A DNA stretch of 64,000 bases, from contig DASRWT010000065.1 of assembly GCA_035654455.1 (NCBI GenBank), forward strand, positions 3,399 to 67,398, written 5' to 3'. This document shows positions 63,060 to 64,000 of the stretch, in pieces. Position numbers and translations under genes: made by a program. The notes under the pieces were generated by a model, which saw nothing but the letters and a program-made list of their open reading frames with translations, had not been told where the DNA came from and did no database searches. How positions within the stretch are numbered: position 1 is the stretch's first letter; each line of letters opens with the position of its first letter. Origin of the DNA: Candidatus Nitrosocosmicus sp. (GTDB lineage Bacteria > Methylomirabilota > Methylomirabilia > Rokubacteriales > CSP1-6).

Positions 63060-64000
63060 ATGAAGATCCGACGGCTCCTCGCCCTGTTGCTCCTGCTTCC
63101 GCTGACGCTCGCCGTCGGCGGGGGGTCCGCCACGGCTCAGCCCGCGGGCACCCTGGTGGTGGGGCTCGTCGCCGAGCCGGTGAACCTCGATCCCGCGCAG
63201 GTGACGGACTTCAACTCCAACCGGGTGGGCCGCCGGATCGTGGAGCCGCTGGTGACGTTCGCGGAGGAGACCACCCAGCTCGTGCCCGGCCTGGCCGAGT
63301 CCTGGACCATCTCGCCCGACGGCCTGCAGTACACCTTCAAGCTGCGCAAGGGCGTCAAGTTCCACGACGGCACCCCGTTCAACGCCGCCGCCGCGAAGTT
63401 CTCCATCGAGCGCCAGATCAATCCCGAGCATCCCGCCAACAAGCTGGGGAAGTATCCCTTCGCCAACTACTTCTTCGGCAACGTGAAGGCCGTGGAGGCG
63501 ATGGACGACAGCACCGTGCGCTTCATCTTGAAGGAGCCGCGCGCCTCCTTTCTCGTGGTGATGGCCGCCGCCGCCGCCTCCATGGTGAGCCCCACCGCCG
63601 CCCTCAAGGCCGGGGTGGACTTCGCCCTCGCGCCCGTCGGCACCGGCCCCTTCCGCTACGGCTCATGGACGCGCGGGCAGTCGGTGGTGCTGGAGAAGTT
63701 CCCCGAGTACTGGAAGGGCGCGGTGAAGTTCGACCGTGTCGTCTTCCGGCCCATCGTGGAGGACCAGGCGCGCCTCACCGAGCTCCTCACCGGCACCCTG
63801 GACCTCATCGTGGGCGTGCCCGCGGACTTCGTGGCGCAGCTCGAGACGAGCCCGAAGGCCAACCTCCTCAAGCAGGTGGGCGCGCATGTCTGGTACCTCG
63901 GCATCAACAACACCAAGAAGCCGCTGGACGACAAGCGCGTGCGCCAGGCGCTGAACTACGCGGTGAACAAGGACGCCATCGTCAAGGATGTGCTCAAGGG
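63060..64000 (+). CDS. ABC transporter substrate-binding protein, family 5 (peptide/opine/nickel type), 3'-truncated by window end
   Basis: Not in the ORF track because it has no stop in the window. Translating from ATG 63060 (ggagg SD) gives MKIRRLLALLLLLPLTLAVGGGSATAQPAGTLVVGL...PGLAESWTISPDGLQYTFKLRKGVKFHDGTPFNA...PVGTGPFRY...NYAVNKDAIV, which is classic DppA/OppA-family sequence. Confidence 0.85.
   Translation, partial: MKIRRLLALLLLLPLTLAVGGGSATAQPAGTLVVGLVAEPVNLDPAQVTDFNSNRVGRRIVEPLVTFAEETTQLVPGLAESWTISPDGLQYTFKLRKGVKFHDGTPFNAAAAKFSIERQINPEHPANKLGKYPFANYFFGNVKAVEAMDDSTVRFILKEPRASFLVVMAAAAASMVSPTAALKAGVDFALAPVGTGPFRYGSWTRGQSVVLEKFPEYWKGAVKFDRVVFRPIVEDQARLTELLTGTLDLIVGVPADFVAQLETSPKANLLKQVGAHVWYLGINNTKKPLDDKRVRQALNYAVNKDAIVKDVLK

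Noticed and set aside
1-64000. Mobile elements, prophage, CRISPR arrays, defence-system genes, rRNA/tRNA
   Set aside because: I scanned the translations and the intergenic regions. I found no transposase, integrase or recombinase motifs, no spaced direct-repeat arrays, and no nuclease, helicase or methylase cassettes typical of defence islands. The only helicase is a housekeeping DEAD-box type.

Overview
Very GC-rich bacterial chromosomal window (GC not computed; by eye well above 65%). It is densely packed with about 70 protein genes on both strands, many joined by ATGA/TGATG/GTGA start-stop overlaps. I saw no rRNA, tRNA, CRISPR array, transposase, integrase or phage gene. The content is mostly metabolic: CoA-ester, SDR and crotonase enzymes; two TPP enzymes; flavin oxidoreductases; a CUT1-type sugar/polyol ABC uptake operon with a kinase and a G3P dehydrogenase; a sulfite reductase-siroheme operon; a SorAB-like sulfite dehydrogenase; glmS; and four DinB-fold proteins. 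Many long ORFs in the track are antisense artefacts of the high GC, and several track ORFs carry false 5' extensions that I trimmed. Five items deserve a second look. (1) A clear glmS ribozyme lies in the glmS leader. (2) An ArsC/Spx-fold gene is complete only if an in-frame TGA is read as selenocysteine, and a SECIS-like hairpin follows the TGA. (3) A tight three-gene operon splits a cyclopropane-fatty-acid-synthase-like protein into an N-domain gene and a methyltransferase gene, with a geranylgeranyl-reductase-family flavoprotein gene between them; this may be a lipid methyl-branching module. (4) A promoter, a structured leader and an intrinsic-terminator-like hairpin precede the sulfite reductase operon, resembling a riboswitch or attenuator of no class I recognise. 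(5) Several genes have conserved N-termini encoded upstream of any canonical start codon. All homology calls come from reading the translations by eye; no database search was run.
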